This document shows positions 10,375-19,487 of a stretch of 63,920 nt of DNA, piece by piece. A model generated the notes under the pieces. That model saw only the letters and a program-made list of their open reading frames with translations, did no database searches and was not told the DNA's origin. Source of the stretch: an uncultured bacterium (GTDB lineage Bacteria; Lernaellota; Lernaellaia; Lernaellales; Lernaellaceae); assembly GCA_964534375.1 (NCBI GenBank), contig CAZHPN010000008.1, positions 1 through 63,920 of the forward strand. Reading direction: 5' to 3'. A program made the translations under genes and the position numbers. Numbering within the stretch: position 1 is the first letter of the stretch; every line of letters begins with the position of its first letter.

Positions 10375-10460
10375 TCTGCGTCTGTGTCTGTTTCTGTTTT
10401 TCTGTCTGCATCCGGCTCTGGCTCTGCTTCTCGTTTTCGCTCTCGCTCTTACTCTCTCTC
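10375..10460. repeat. Degenerate 6-nt-period pyrimidine-rich tract (TCTGNN)n
   Basis: TCTGCG TCTGTG TCTGTT TCTGTT ... TCTGGC TCTGCT TCTCGT ... TCTCGC. Confidence 0.7.
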
Positions 10461-10795
10461 TAACGGCCTTTTCGATCGGAAACTCGCGTTATCTCCCGTT
10501 TTGGTGAAACAATTCGATTTCGGTCCTCGGCGGGGTTTCGTCGTCAACCGGCCGTGTTCTGCAAATAGCTGAAAACTAAAACGATTGTTCGATTTCTGCC
10601 AGATCCTGAGCCGCCACGGGGAAAATCGGCAGTCACCATGGGATCTATTCGTCCTATCGCTCCTGTTCGTTCGATTCACTCGGCAATCTTTCGGGGTCTG
10701 CCGCTCGGCCATGATGCACCTGCCGCAGAGATTTCTTGCTTCGCCCTCCGATCTTCGCTAGTGCTCTGTTGCACCTCGAATGATGGGTAGAGTCG

Positions 10796-11241
10796 CTTTA
10801 GACCGAAGTTCCCGGCCAAGAAACTAATAAGTGTCTGATTATTCAGGGAAAGTGCAGAAATCGGCGTTCCCGTTACTGGCTGCACCTGCAGCAATTTGTA
10901 GGCGCGTTGCTGCAAGGTCGTCGGTTCGGTCAACTGTTCGAAAGTCGGCGCATCGGACGCGGTCTTGATCCGGCAGCCCCAGGCGTTTGATCGTGCCCCG
11001 CACCGCCCGCACGTGGCCTTGCGGCGTCGAGCGCTCAATGCCGAAGACCTCATCCGCCGGGACCAGCTCCTCGCCATTGAGCGACCGGCGCAAGGCTTCG
11101 ATCGCCGTCTCGGGCAGGCCGGTGAGCGAGCCCAGGGGTCGGTGCTTGACTTTGCCGCCCTCGCGATGGGTGCGTCGAAGCAACACCGAGGTGTAGACCT
11201 TGCCGTTGGCGTTTTCCGGGCGACGAATGGAAAGAGGCCAT
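10796..11241 (-). mobile_element. IS1634-family transposase remnant, frameshifted and internally deleted
   Basis: N-terminal segment KVYTSVLLRRTHREGGKVKHRPLGSL...GHVRAVRGTIKRLGL joined, in another frame, to C-terminal PTFEQLTEPTTLQQRAYKLLQV; probable end sequence TAGACCGAAGTTCCC at ~10799-10813. Confidence 0.8.
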
Positions 11242-11311
11242 GGCGCTGGTGCTCCGGCAGCCGGCCGCGCGTCAGGCTTGCTGAGACTGACCGCCGCCCG
11301 CTGACCACCGC

Positions 11312-12469
11312 CTACTCCACCATCTTCTGCGCTATCAAATAATCCCCTACAATTTCCGCAACAACCTGATGCCCCGCCGGCGAATAATGCCCCGCGCTGT
11401 CCGGAATGCAAAGATCCTTCTCCCGCAAATCCCGGCGGACGAATTCCGAGTACAGATCGAGCCACGCGACGCCGCCGAGGCGCTCAGTGAGGAAATCGTT
11501 GGGCGGCTCGCTGGGCCGGTCGTCGAGGGTCACGTGATCCGGATCGAGGACCACGGCGAATTTCGCGCCGGCGGCCCGCGCCTCTTTGCTGAGTTGGGTG
11601 ATCAGCCCGGCGGTCACGGGCGTGCACGTGAAAACATCCAACTGGATCGACGTGTTCGGCTCGATCGACCACAGCCCCAGCCAGCCGAAAAGGCGCGCCA
11701 AACCGAAATGCCCGAGCGATCGGCTCAGCAACACCCGGTACAACGCCGAATGCACCAAACCGCACCGCGGCCGCAGCAGGCGCGCCGGCTCGGCCGGCTT
11801 CGGCAGGCGGAGCGGGCACGGCGTGTCCTTGATCAACCACTGGTCGCCGAAGGGGACCATCACCGGCCGCCAGGCTCCGTAGTCCGACATGCGGCAATTG
11901 TCACCCACGTCGTTGCCGAAGTAGTGCAGCAGCACCAGATCGGGCTGCGCCGCCGCGGCGACGCGCCGGAAGAGCAGCAACTCCTGCGCCGTGCCGTAGC
12001 CCGAAACAGCGGCGTTGACGACCTCGAATTTCTTCCGGCCGGCCCCGCGTTCGTTCAATTTTTGCTCCAGGAATTCGGAATACACGAACCGCTGATCGAC
12101 GCCCCAGCCCCAGGCCATCGAATCGCCCAGGATCAAGACGCGGAACACGCCGGCCGGCTTTTTCCCGGAAATCTCGTTGTTGCGAAAACCGTGCGAATCC
12201 TGCCGAATCTCGATCTGGTGGTCGCGGAACGTGGCCAGATAACGGCCCGGCGTGTTCTTCCAGCCGAGCGTCGGGTCGTAGGTCAGCGTGAAAAAATCCG
12301 TGCCGTCGATTTTCAGGTGCGGCGCGTCGGCGACTGCGCCCGCCGCCGCCAGCGCGCGGACACCAAGCTCGGCGACGCCCAACGCGACGGCGATCGCGCC
12401 GCACACCGCCGCGGCCAGGAAAAGAGTCCGGCGAGGCAGGGCGAGGGTAAAATATTTGTCGCCGCTCAT
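11312..12469 (-). CDS. SGNH/GDSL hydrolase family protein with N-terminal membrane anchor
   Basis: LGDSMAWG, NAAVSGYG, GND, GHYSPAGH. Confidence 0.88.
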   Translation of the reverse strand: MSGDKYFTLALPRRTLFLAAAVCGAIAVALGVAELGVRALAAAGAVADAPHLKIDGTDFFTLTYDPTLGWKNTPGRYLATFRDHQIEIRQDSHGFRNNEISGKKPAGVFRVLILGDSMAWGWGVDQRFVYSEFLEQKLNERGAGRKKFEVVNAAVSGYGTAQELLLFRRVAAAAQPDLVLLHYFGNDVGDNCRMSDYGAWRPVMVPFGDQWLIKDTPCPLRLPKPAEPARLLRPRCGLVHSALYRVLLSRSLGHFGLARLFGWLGLWSIEPNTSIQLDVFTCTPVTAGLITQLSKEARAAGAKFAVVLDPDHVTLDDRPSEPPNDFLTERLGGVAWLDLYSEFVRRDLREKDLCIPDSAGHYSPAGHQVVAEIVGDYLIAQKMVE

Positions 12470-12754
12470 GGAAAAACCGCCGATCGCGCCCGGCGCGCGT
12501 TGCCGCTCATTGGCCAACCGATTCGCTTGCTGGGCGCATGATCTTTGTTTCGTTCGGGGCGTGTCAAGGCGGTGAGGGGCGCTTGGGTGCAGGTCAGGAT
12601 TTTGAGACAACTGTTGCTTTCTTTCGAATCCCGTACAATCTGAAAGCAGCGCAAAACCTCTTCGCCGGGGATGCAGGCGGTCCCCGGATCATTTTTCAAT
12701 CGGCTGCAACTGGAGTATCTTTCGTTGACCACCGCGGCCCGGGAGACGCGGCGC

Positions 12755-13831
12755 ATGGCATTGATTCCGATACCGCTCAAACGCGGCCTGCTCATTGTGC
12801 GACGCCGTTTGCTCGCCGTCGGCTTCGGCTTGCTCGCCGCGATCGGCTTGGCGGTCGCGGTCGCGCATGTCGAGGGCGAAGTGCGCGAGCCCCCCGGGCG
12901 CGCCAAGTTCGCCAACTATCCCAACCGGCACGCCTTCCACGCGCGGGACGAATGGCTGGGCCTGCGCATCAACCCGAACGAAAACCAAGTATACAAAAAG
13001 TATTATCGGGACACGCTTTATGCGACGGCGGTTTACAACTCGGACGATTACGGCCGGCGGCGGACCGTTCAAGACGGCGACGATTGGAGTTCCTTCGCGA
13101 TGTTCGCGCCGTGTTCGTTCGCGTTCGGCGACGGCGTCAATGACGACGAGACCCTGCCGTCGCAATTCGCGCAACGGGTCGCCGGAAAAAAAATTGACGT
13201 TTACAACTACGGCGTTTGCAGTTGGGGTCCGAATAACCTGCTGGCGTTGCTGACCGACCCGCGCTTTCCGCCGGGAGTGCGCGAAAAACGGGGCTTCCTG
13301 GTTTACACGTATATCGACGACCATCTCGAACGCGCGTCTTTGCGGCGCTCGTTTCTCGCGACCACATCCGGTTTGCGGGTTCCCCACTACGTGGCGACCC
13401 GCGACGGCGGTTTGGCGCGCCAGGGCCTCGTGGATCTGGCGCACCCGCCGCACGACACGTTTTGGGAAATCGTCGCCGATCGGCTCGGCTTGATCGGCAC
13501 GCTGTTTTCCGACTGGCCCGTGCGGCTCACGGACCGCGAGCGCCGCTTCGCCGCGCGCCTCGTCTCGCAGTGCCGGGTGGAGTTTGAGAAACGTTTCGAT
13601 TCGCAGGGTTTCTTCGTCATTTTTTTTCCGGGCAGCAACACGGTGAACGTCATGAGGCCGTTACTCGAGCAGGGCGGCATTCGCTGCTTGGACTACACGG
13701 CCGTCGCGCCCTACGACGCCGACAAAGAAGCCGTCTATTTTCAGCCGGACAGCCATCCGACGGCGCTCGCCTATCGCGTCATCGCCGACAAATTGGCCGC
13801 GGATTTGAAAGAGCAACGCGTGATCCCGTGA
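12755..13831 (+). CDS. SGNH-like membrane-anchored protein (paralog 1)
   Basis: GGAG RBS; N-terminal TM; PCSFAFGDGVNDDETLPSQF, YNYGVCSWGPN, DSHPT. Confidence 0.75.
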   Translation: MALIPIPLKRGLLIVRRRLLAVGFGLLAAIGLAVAVAHVEGEVREPPGRAKFANYPNRHAFHARDEWLGLRINPNENQVYKKYYRDTLYATAVYNSDDYGRRRTVQDGDDWSSFAMFAPCSFAFGDGVNDDETLPSQFAQRVAGKKIDVYNYGVCSWGPNNLLALLTDPRFPPGVREKRGFLVYTYIDDHLERASLRRSFLATTSGLRVPHYVATRDGGLARQGLVDLAHPPHDTFWEIVADRLGLIGTLFSDWPVRLTDRERRFAARLVSQCRVEFEKRFDSQGFFVIFFPGSNTVNVMRPLLEQGGIRCLDYTAVAPYDADKEAVYFQPDSHPTALAYRVIADKLAADLKEQRVIP

Positions 13832-14910
13832 TGGAGCCCGTTTCGATTCGTCTCAAGCGCTATTTTCTGGCCGTCCGGCGACGGTTGCTGGCCGTGGCGC
13901 TTGGTTTCGCCATTGCCGGGGCGCTGGGCGTCGCCGCCGTCAACGTGTACGGCGTCGTTCGCCCGGCCTCGCCGAGTCGCGAGTTGACGGTCTACAAAGG
14001 CGGCGACCCTTTCTGGAGCGACGACGAGCAGCTCGGCCTGCGCATGAACCCCAACGAGCACCTGCTCCACAAAAAATTCGTGCGGCAAAAACTCTACACC
14101 AGCGCCGTCTACCACACGGGTCCGGGCGGGTGGCGCGTTACGGTTCCGGAATCCCCCGCCGACGCGGAAACCTTCGCGATGTTCGCGCCGTGCTCGTTCA
14201 CCTTCGGCGAGGGGGTCAACGATGGCGAAACGCTGCCGTCGCAATTCGCGCGAATCGTCGCCGGGGAAAAAATCGCCGTCTACAACTATGGCGTCTGCGG
14301 CTGGGGACCGAACAACCTGCTCGCGTTGCTGACCGACCCGCGGTTCCCGGCCGGCCTCCGCGAACGGCGCGGTGTTCTCGTGTATTCCTTCATCGACGAG
14401 CACATCGACCGGGCGGTGTTGCGGCGCTCGTTTCTCGAGGGCAACGCGCCGGTCCGGAATCCATATTACGTCGTGACGAAGGATAATCGCGTCCGCCGCG
14501 TCGGGCTGGCGAATGCGGCCCACCCGCCGTATGCGGGGATGACGTATTCCCTCCTCAACGGGTTGGGGCTGATCGGCACGTTGTTTCCCGATTGGCCGAT
14601 CCGGAACGCCGATCGGGATCTGCGATTCACCGCCCGAATCATCGCGGAATCCGCCGCCGAATTTCGCAACCGGTTCGACGCGCAGGCGTTTGTGCTGGTG
14701 TTTTTCCCGTCCTGCAAAACCACGAAGACGCTGGGGCCGCTGCTCGAACGGCAAGGGATTCGCTGCCTCGATTACACGGAGTTGGCGCCGTTCGACGCCA
14801 ACACGGACGCGGTCTATTTCCTGCCCGACGGGCACCCGTCGCCGGTCGCCCATCGTCTGGTGGCCGAAAAGTTAGCGGTCGATTTGGCGCAACTTGGGCT
14901 GATTCCGTAG
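13828..14910 (+). CDS. SGNH-like membrane-anchored protein (paralog 2)
   Basis: GTGA overlap; PCSFTFGEGVNDGETLPSQF, YNYGVCGWGPN, DGHPS; colinear with the upstream paralog. Confidence 0.75.
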   Translation: MMEPVSIRLKRYFLAVRRRLLAVALGFAIAGALGVAAVNVYGVVRPASPSRELTVYKGGDPFWSDDEQLGLRMNPNEHLLHKKFVRQKLYTSAVYHTGPGGWRVTVPESPADAETFAMFAPCSFTFGEGVNDGETLPSQFARIVAGEKIAVYNYGVCGWGPNNLLALLTDPRFPAGLRERRGVLVYSFIDEHIDRAVLRRSFLEGNAPVRNPYYVVTKDNRVRRVGLANAAHPPYAGMTYSLLNGLGLIGTLFPDWPIRNADRDLRFTARIIAESAAEFRNRFDAQAFVLVFFPSCKTTKTLGPLLERQGIRCLDYTELAPFDANTDAVYFLPDGHPSPVAHRLVAEKLAVDLAQLGLIP

Positions 14911-14929
14911 GCGCGGCGCGGCCGAATCG

Positions 14930-15940
14930 TCAGTGCGACTCGGCCGGACGCAAGCCGCGTTCTTCGAGGAATGTGCGCATCTTCTGCATCAGGCGCGATT
15001 CGAGTTGCCGCACGCGTTCGCGCGTGACGCCCAGGTGGTCGCCGATTTCCTGCAACGTCAGCGGGTCGTCGGCGAGCAAGCGGTGGTGCAAAATGAACGA
15101 ATCTTTTTCGGAGAGCATGATTTCGAACTCGGCCAACGCCTCGCGGAAACGCTGAATCTCCTGGTGATCGGCGAGAATCTGGTCTTGCCGATCGCCGCCG
15201 CCGGAGATCAGGTCGCCGACCGAGCCTTTGCCGTCGTCTCCGGCGGGCGCGTCGATCGACAGGTCGGGGCGGCCCAGCCGCTGCTCCATCTCGACCACGG
15301 TGTCCGACGGCACGTCCAGGCGCTCGCCGATCAGTTGCGGCGTCGCGGCGAAGCCCTGCGATTCCAGCCGTTCCTTCTCTTTCTGCAAATTGAAGAACAG
15401 CTTCCGTTGGGCCTGCGTCGTGCCGATTTTCACCATCCGCCAGTTGTTGAGGATGTAGCGCAGGATATACGCCTTGATCCACCACGCGGCGTAACTGGAA
15501 AGCTTCACGCCTTTGTACGGGTTGAATTTCTTCACGGCCTGCATCAGCCCGATGTTGCCTTCCTGGATCAGGTCCATGACTTGGATGAAGGCCCGCTGGT
15601 ATTCCATGGCGATCTTCACGACCAGCCGCAGATTGCCGGTGATCAGGCGGTAGGCGGCCTGCGAGTCGCCTTTCTCGAAGTAGTCGACCGCGAAGTGCAT
15701 TTCCTCCTCGCGAGTCAACAACGGATGCTTGCGCAGTTCGGCGAGGTAACGTTGCAGCGCGCCGACGTAGACTAGCCCCTTTTCGGGCAGTTCGACCGGG
15801 CTTTCGTATTCCTCGTCCAATTCCTCCGGCGCTTCGAAAGCGTCCGGCTCGGCATCGAATTTTTCGGAGACCAGCTCGGGCTCCGCCGCCCGCCGTTTCT
15901 TCGGCGTTTCTTCTTTTTTGCCGCTGCCTTTACGTGCCAA
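14930..15940 (-). CDS. rpoH: RNA polymerase sigma factor, sigma-32 (RpoH) type
   Basis: DLIQEGNIGLMQAVKKF, YAAWWIKA, RpoH box QRKLFFNL, TRERVRQLE; TTG start with GGAAGG RBS inferred. Confidence 0.85.
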   Translation of the reverse strand: MARKGSGKKEETPKKRRAAEPELVSEKFDAEPDAFEAPEELDEEYESPVELPEKGLVYVGALQRYLAELRKHPLLTREEEMHFAVDYFEKGDSQAAYRLITGNLRLVVKIAMEYQRAFIQVMDLIQEGNIGLMQAVKKFNPYKGVKLSSYAAWWIKAYILRYILNNWRMVKIGTTQAQRKLFFNLQKEKERLESQGFAATPQLIGERLDVPSDTVVEMEQRLGRPDLSIDAPAGDDGKGSVGDLISGGGDRQDQILADHQEIQRFREALAEFEIMLSEKDSFILHHRLLADDPLTLQEIGDHLGVTRERVRQLESRLMQKMRTFLEERGLRPAESH

Positions 15941-16368
15941 CGAACCTTCCCTGCTGCTCTTGGTTTGCGCGAGAGCGCTTTTGCTACGTTGAACGACCAA
16001 ACCCCAGCCCCTTTCTCGTAGATACCATTTAGCCCGGGGATTGTCGATCCCGGGCCGGGAAACTAACATCGGGAAATACCTGAGTTGGCTACGGGAAAAA
16101 GCTAAGTGCCGGCTGCCGCGAAATTCTCCGGCCGTCGGGGCGGGGTTTGTATTTCTCGCGGCGTTCCGTTATGGTGTCCGCTCAGATTGCGGCTGGCATG
16201 TTCCGCGGAAAGACGGGGGGCGTCCCAGAGCGGGACTGTGTTTTTGCAGTAGACCGGCCGCTTTTCAAGAACAGCGGTTTCGGTTAAAAACGCGCTGGAA
16301 AGAACGGTTGCATCAACAGGCGGGCGGTCCGCTTTGGCGGTCGGCTGCGCCATGCGAGCTTTCAGATT

Positions 16369-17322
16369 ATGAAGAAACGACGTTTGGGCAAGACCGATCT
16401 GCTCGTCTCGGAGATCAGCCTTGGCGCCGCCGGCGTCGGCGGCCATAACCTTTACCTGAATATCGACGAAACCGAGTCCGTCGCCACGATCATTCGCGCC
16501 ATTGAACTGGGCGTCAATTTCGTCGACACATCCGATTTCTTTGGCTGCGGCCAGTCGGAGCGGTTGATCGGCCAGATCGCCAAGGCCGTCGGCCCCGGGC
16601 TGTTGATTGCCACCAAAGGCGGTTTGCGCTGGGATCTGCAGGGGCGGTTCGTCAGCCGCGACAATAGCCCGGCCTACTTGCGCGAGGCGTTGGAAGCGAG
16701 CCTGCGGCGCCTGGGCCGGGAAACGGTCGACCTGTACTTTATCCATTCCTCCGACGGCAAAACCCCGGCGGCCGAGGCGTTCGGCGCCCTGACGCGGTTC
16801 CAGGAGGAAGGGAAGATTCGCTGGGGCGGTCTGACCAATTTCGAGTTGGAGCAGATCGAAGACGCGCAGATGGCCGGACCGGTGGCGGCGGTGCAGGCCC
16901 AGTACAATTTCTTCGACCGGCGGCCCGATCGCAACGGGCTGCTGGATTATTGCGAGAAACACGGGATCGGCTTCGTGCCCTACGGCTGCCTCGGCTACGG
17001 CATATTGACCGGCAAATACCGGCGCGATCTGCGGCTGCCGGACCAGGATTGGCGGAACCTGCTGCCGCTGTTCCGCCGCCGGAACTACGTGCTGGCGGTC
17101 TCGCTCGCCCAGCGCATGGCCGAAACGGCGAAGCGCCGTGGCGCGCCGCTGGCGCATTTCGCGTTGCGGTGGGCGCTGCGGCGGCCGGCGACGGCGACGG
17201 TGCTGTCCGGCGCCAAGCGCCCCGAGCAGATCGAAGAAAACATCCCGTCGGACGAATTCGAGATGATGCCGGACGACTTCGCCTGGATCGATCGGATGAC
17301 CGGTTTCCTTCGCTTCGAATGA
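16369..17322 (+). CDS. Aldo/keto reductase
   Basis: RRLGKTDLLVSEISLG, DTSDFFG, ATKGG, SLRRLG-ETVDLYFIH. Confidence 0.9.
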   Translation: MKKRRLGKTDLLVSEISLGAAGVGGHNLYLNIDETESVATIIRAIELGVNFVDTSDFFGCGQSERLIGQIAKAVGPGLLIATKGGLRWDLQGRFVSRDNSPAYLREALEASLRRLGRETVDLYFIHSSDGKTPAAEAFGALTRFQEEGKIRWGGLTNFELEQIEDAQMAGPVAAVQAQYNFFDRRPDRNGLLDYCEKHGIGFVPYGCLGYGILTGKYRRDLRLPDQDWRNLLPLFRRRNYVLAVSLAQRMAETAKRRGAPLAHFALRWALRRPATATVLSGAKRPEQIEENIPSDEFEMMPDDFAWIDRMTGFLRFE

Positions 17323-17350
17323 CGTCCGCGGGCGGGCGCGGGGGACGGCG

Positions 17351-17770
17351 ATGAGCAAAGACAACGTGTCGCGCATCGGCGTTTCGCTGCCGCCGGAGCT
17401 CCTGGCGGAATTCGACGTCTACATCGAAAAAAAAGGCTATGAGACGCGGTCCAAGGCCATCGCCGACCTGATGCGCGAAACGCTGATGCACGCGGATTGG
17501 GAAAGCGGCAATCCGGAGGTGATCGGCGCCGTCACGCTGGTCTACGATCACCACACGCGCGGGCTATCCGAGAAGCTGACGGAGATCCAGCACGATCACC
17601 ACAAGTTGATCGTGTCCACCACGCACATCCACATCGACCATCACCGGTGCCTGGAAATCACCGTGCTCCGCGGCGCGATCGGCGACGTGCGCGAGATCGG
17701 CGATCGCCTGATCAGCGCCCGCGGCGTGCTGCACGGGAAAATTGTGTTGGCCGCGAGCGAAGAGCCGTAA
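17351..17770 (+). CDS. nikR: Nickel-responsive regulator NikR
   Basis: RHH N-terminus RIGVSLP...RSKAIADL; YDHH, HIHIDHHRCLE. Confidence 0.93.
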   Translation: MSKDNVSRIGVSLPPELLAEFDVYIEKKGYETRSKAIADLMRETLMHADWESGNPEVIGAVTLVYDHHTRGLSEKLTEIQHDHHKLIVSTTHIHIDHHRCLEITVLRGAIGDVREIGDRLISARGVLHGKIVLAASEEP

Positions 17771-17777
17771 CTGCGTC

Positions 17778-18029
17778 TTATCGCCGGCCGCCGCTGAACG
17801 CGCGGCTGAGCGCGATGACGACCAGCGCCCCGATTGTCGCCACAACCAGGCTGTAAAAGTTGCAGCCGGTGACCGGCGCGCCGCCCATCATCGTGAAGAT
17901 CACGCCGCCGACCACCGCGCCGATCACGCCCAGGATGACGTTCATCAAACAGCCATGGTCGCTGCCGGAAAAGCTGGAGGCCAACCCGCCGGCCAACAGG
18001 CCCAGAATAATCCAACCCAAAATGCTCAT
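17778..18029 (-). CDS. GlsB/YeaQ/YmgE transglycosylase-associated membrane protein
   Basis: MSILGWIILGLLAGGLA...NVILGVIGAVVGG; GGAGGG RBS. Confidence 0.9.
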   Translation of the reverse strand: MSILGWIILGLLAGGLASSFSGSDHGCLMNVILGVIGAVVGGVIFTMMGGAPVTGCNFYSLVVATIGALVVIALSRAFSGGRR

Positions 18030-18248
18030 GCCCTCCCCCACCTCAAGTTTGTATTTAAATAATCGTTTCGTCTGCTTTTGGCCAGCGCGCTTCGCCAGCG
18101 TCTCGTGGACCTTATACGCCGAGCGGCGAGGGCAGCAAACGTCAAATTGTTTCACGGCCTCAAAGGATCCGGACGCGGCCAGCACTGTCGCTCAAGCCGA
18201 GGCCAACTCCGACAAAGAAGTTGCATTGTGAGCCCTGTGGCTTGTTTT

Positions 18249-18299
18249 ACTAAATTATGCGACTTGACAAAACTAAAAAACATATTTATTTAGTGGCCA
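18249..18299 (+). promoter_or_regulatory. Sigma70-type promoter with an overlapping palindromic operator
   Basis: TTGACA (18264-18269), 17 nt, TATTTA (18287-18292); ACTAAA(18272)...TTTAGT(18294) palindrome; extra ACTAAAT at 18249. Confidence 0.65.
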
Positions 18300-19487
18300 A
18301 TGGGAATTCAAACCAGCCATGACCGTTTGGTCGATAGAGTCCCGCCCGTCCTGGCGGCGCTTCTGGAAGTCGCCGAAAAAGATCTCGATATTACCCGAGA
18401 CGCCAAAATTGGCGGGGTCACGAGAAGAGCGGACCTTCTAATCAATACGTCTGGCAAGACGATCGTCGTCGAATGCAAGTTGACCACCAGCGCGGCCATC
18501 ATCGCCGACGCCGCGCGGAAGGCTCGCGAATTCGCAGTGGCGATTCACCGCGATGCGATTCCGCTCGTCGCCGTGCCATTTATGGGCCCGGTCGGCCGCC
18601 GGGCGTGCGAGGACGTGGGGGTGGCGTGGATAGACCTCAGCGGCAACGGGCGAATCGTCGCTCCCGGGCTGAAAATTATCGTTGCTGGCCGACCAAACCT
18701 ATTCAAGGCTGTCGGCCGCCCGTCGAGCGTTTTCGCTCCGAAAAGCGCCCGCGTCGCGCGCCAGTTTCTCATGCAGCCCAACCGTTCATACACAAAACGC
18801 GAGATCGCGCAGTACACGAACTTGAGCCACGGCTTTGTCAGCCGCATTGTTGCGCGGCTGGAAAAAGAAGGCTATCTCGATTGTCTGGACCTCGATGGCG
18901 CCGGAAGCGCCACCGGCGCCGGCTCGGGCGCCGGTTCGGGATCTGGTCACGGGAATGAAGACGGAACGGGTGACGGGTCAGGCGCCGAACGAAGCAGAGT
19001 CAGGGCATTTTTCAGTCCGCGAGACCCCGACTTGCTTCTTGACGCGTGGCGGGATTCCTATCAATTTTCCAAACATACGATCCTGAAAGGCCACGTCGCG
19101 GCTCGGTCAGGCGACGCGCTGCTCAGATTCGCCAGCGACGTCCTGTTCGAAAGCGGCCTCGATCCGGCCGCGACGGGACTGGCGGCCGCGTGGGCCTTGA
19201 CGCAATTTGCCATTTTTCGTCTGGCCACAATCTATGTGCACGGCGAGCCGTCGCCAGAGGTTCTCGATCGGCTTGGATTCCGCGAAGATCCGCGCGGAGC
19301 GAATCTGTGGCTGGTCGTGCCCAACGACGAGGGCATTTTTTTCGGTGGCCACATTGGCAGGAATAGCGTTCAATGTGTGAATCCGGTCCAGGTTTACCTC
19401 GATTTAAAAGAGCAGCCGGAGCGAGCCCGAGAGGCCGCCGACGAAATCCGCAAACAATATTTTTATTGGCAACGGTATGACCAATAA
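18300..19487 (+). CDS. AbiEi-like type IV TA antitoxin / regulator (PD-(D/E)xK-like N-terminus, wHTH, AbiEi_2-like C-terminus)
   Basis: ADLL...VECK; WIDLSGN; FAPKSARVARQFL; HTH TKREIAQYTNLSHGFVSRIVARLE; GANLWLVVPNDEG...VQVYLDL...ERAREAA. Confidence 0.72.
   Translation: MGIQTSHDRLVDRVPPVLAALLEVAEKDLDITRDAKIGGVTRRADLLINTSGKTIVVECKLTTSAAIIADAARKAREFAVAIHRDAIPLVAVPFMGPVGRRACEDVGVAWIDLSGNGRIVAPGLKIIVAGRPNLFKAVGRPSSVFAPKSARVARQFLMQPNRSYTKREIAQYTNLSHGFVSRIVARLEKEGYLDCLDLDGAGSATGAGSGAGSGSGHGNEDGTGDGSGAERSRVRAFFSPRDPDLLLDAWRDSYQFSKHTILKGHVAARSGDALLRFASDVLFESGLDPAATGLAAAWALTQFAIFRLATIYVHGEPSPEVLDRLGFREDPRGANLWLVVPNDEGIFFGGHIGRNSVQCVNPVQVYLDLKEQPERAREAADEIRKQYFYWQRYDQ

Noticed and set aside
10449..10712. 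87-aa ORF MAERQTP...
   Set aside because: It is largely made of periodic repeat sequence with no recognisable family; at most the stub of a disrupted gene.
15941..16368. Riboswitch or ncRNA between rpoH and the aldo/keto reductase
   Set aside because: No recognisable conserved motif by eye; an Rfam scan would be needed.
17351..17770. Nickel uptake locus or NikR operator
   Set aside because: No nickel transporter genes are adjacent and no convincing operator was identified.
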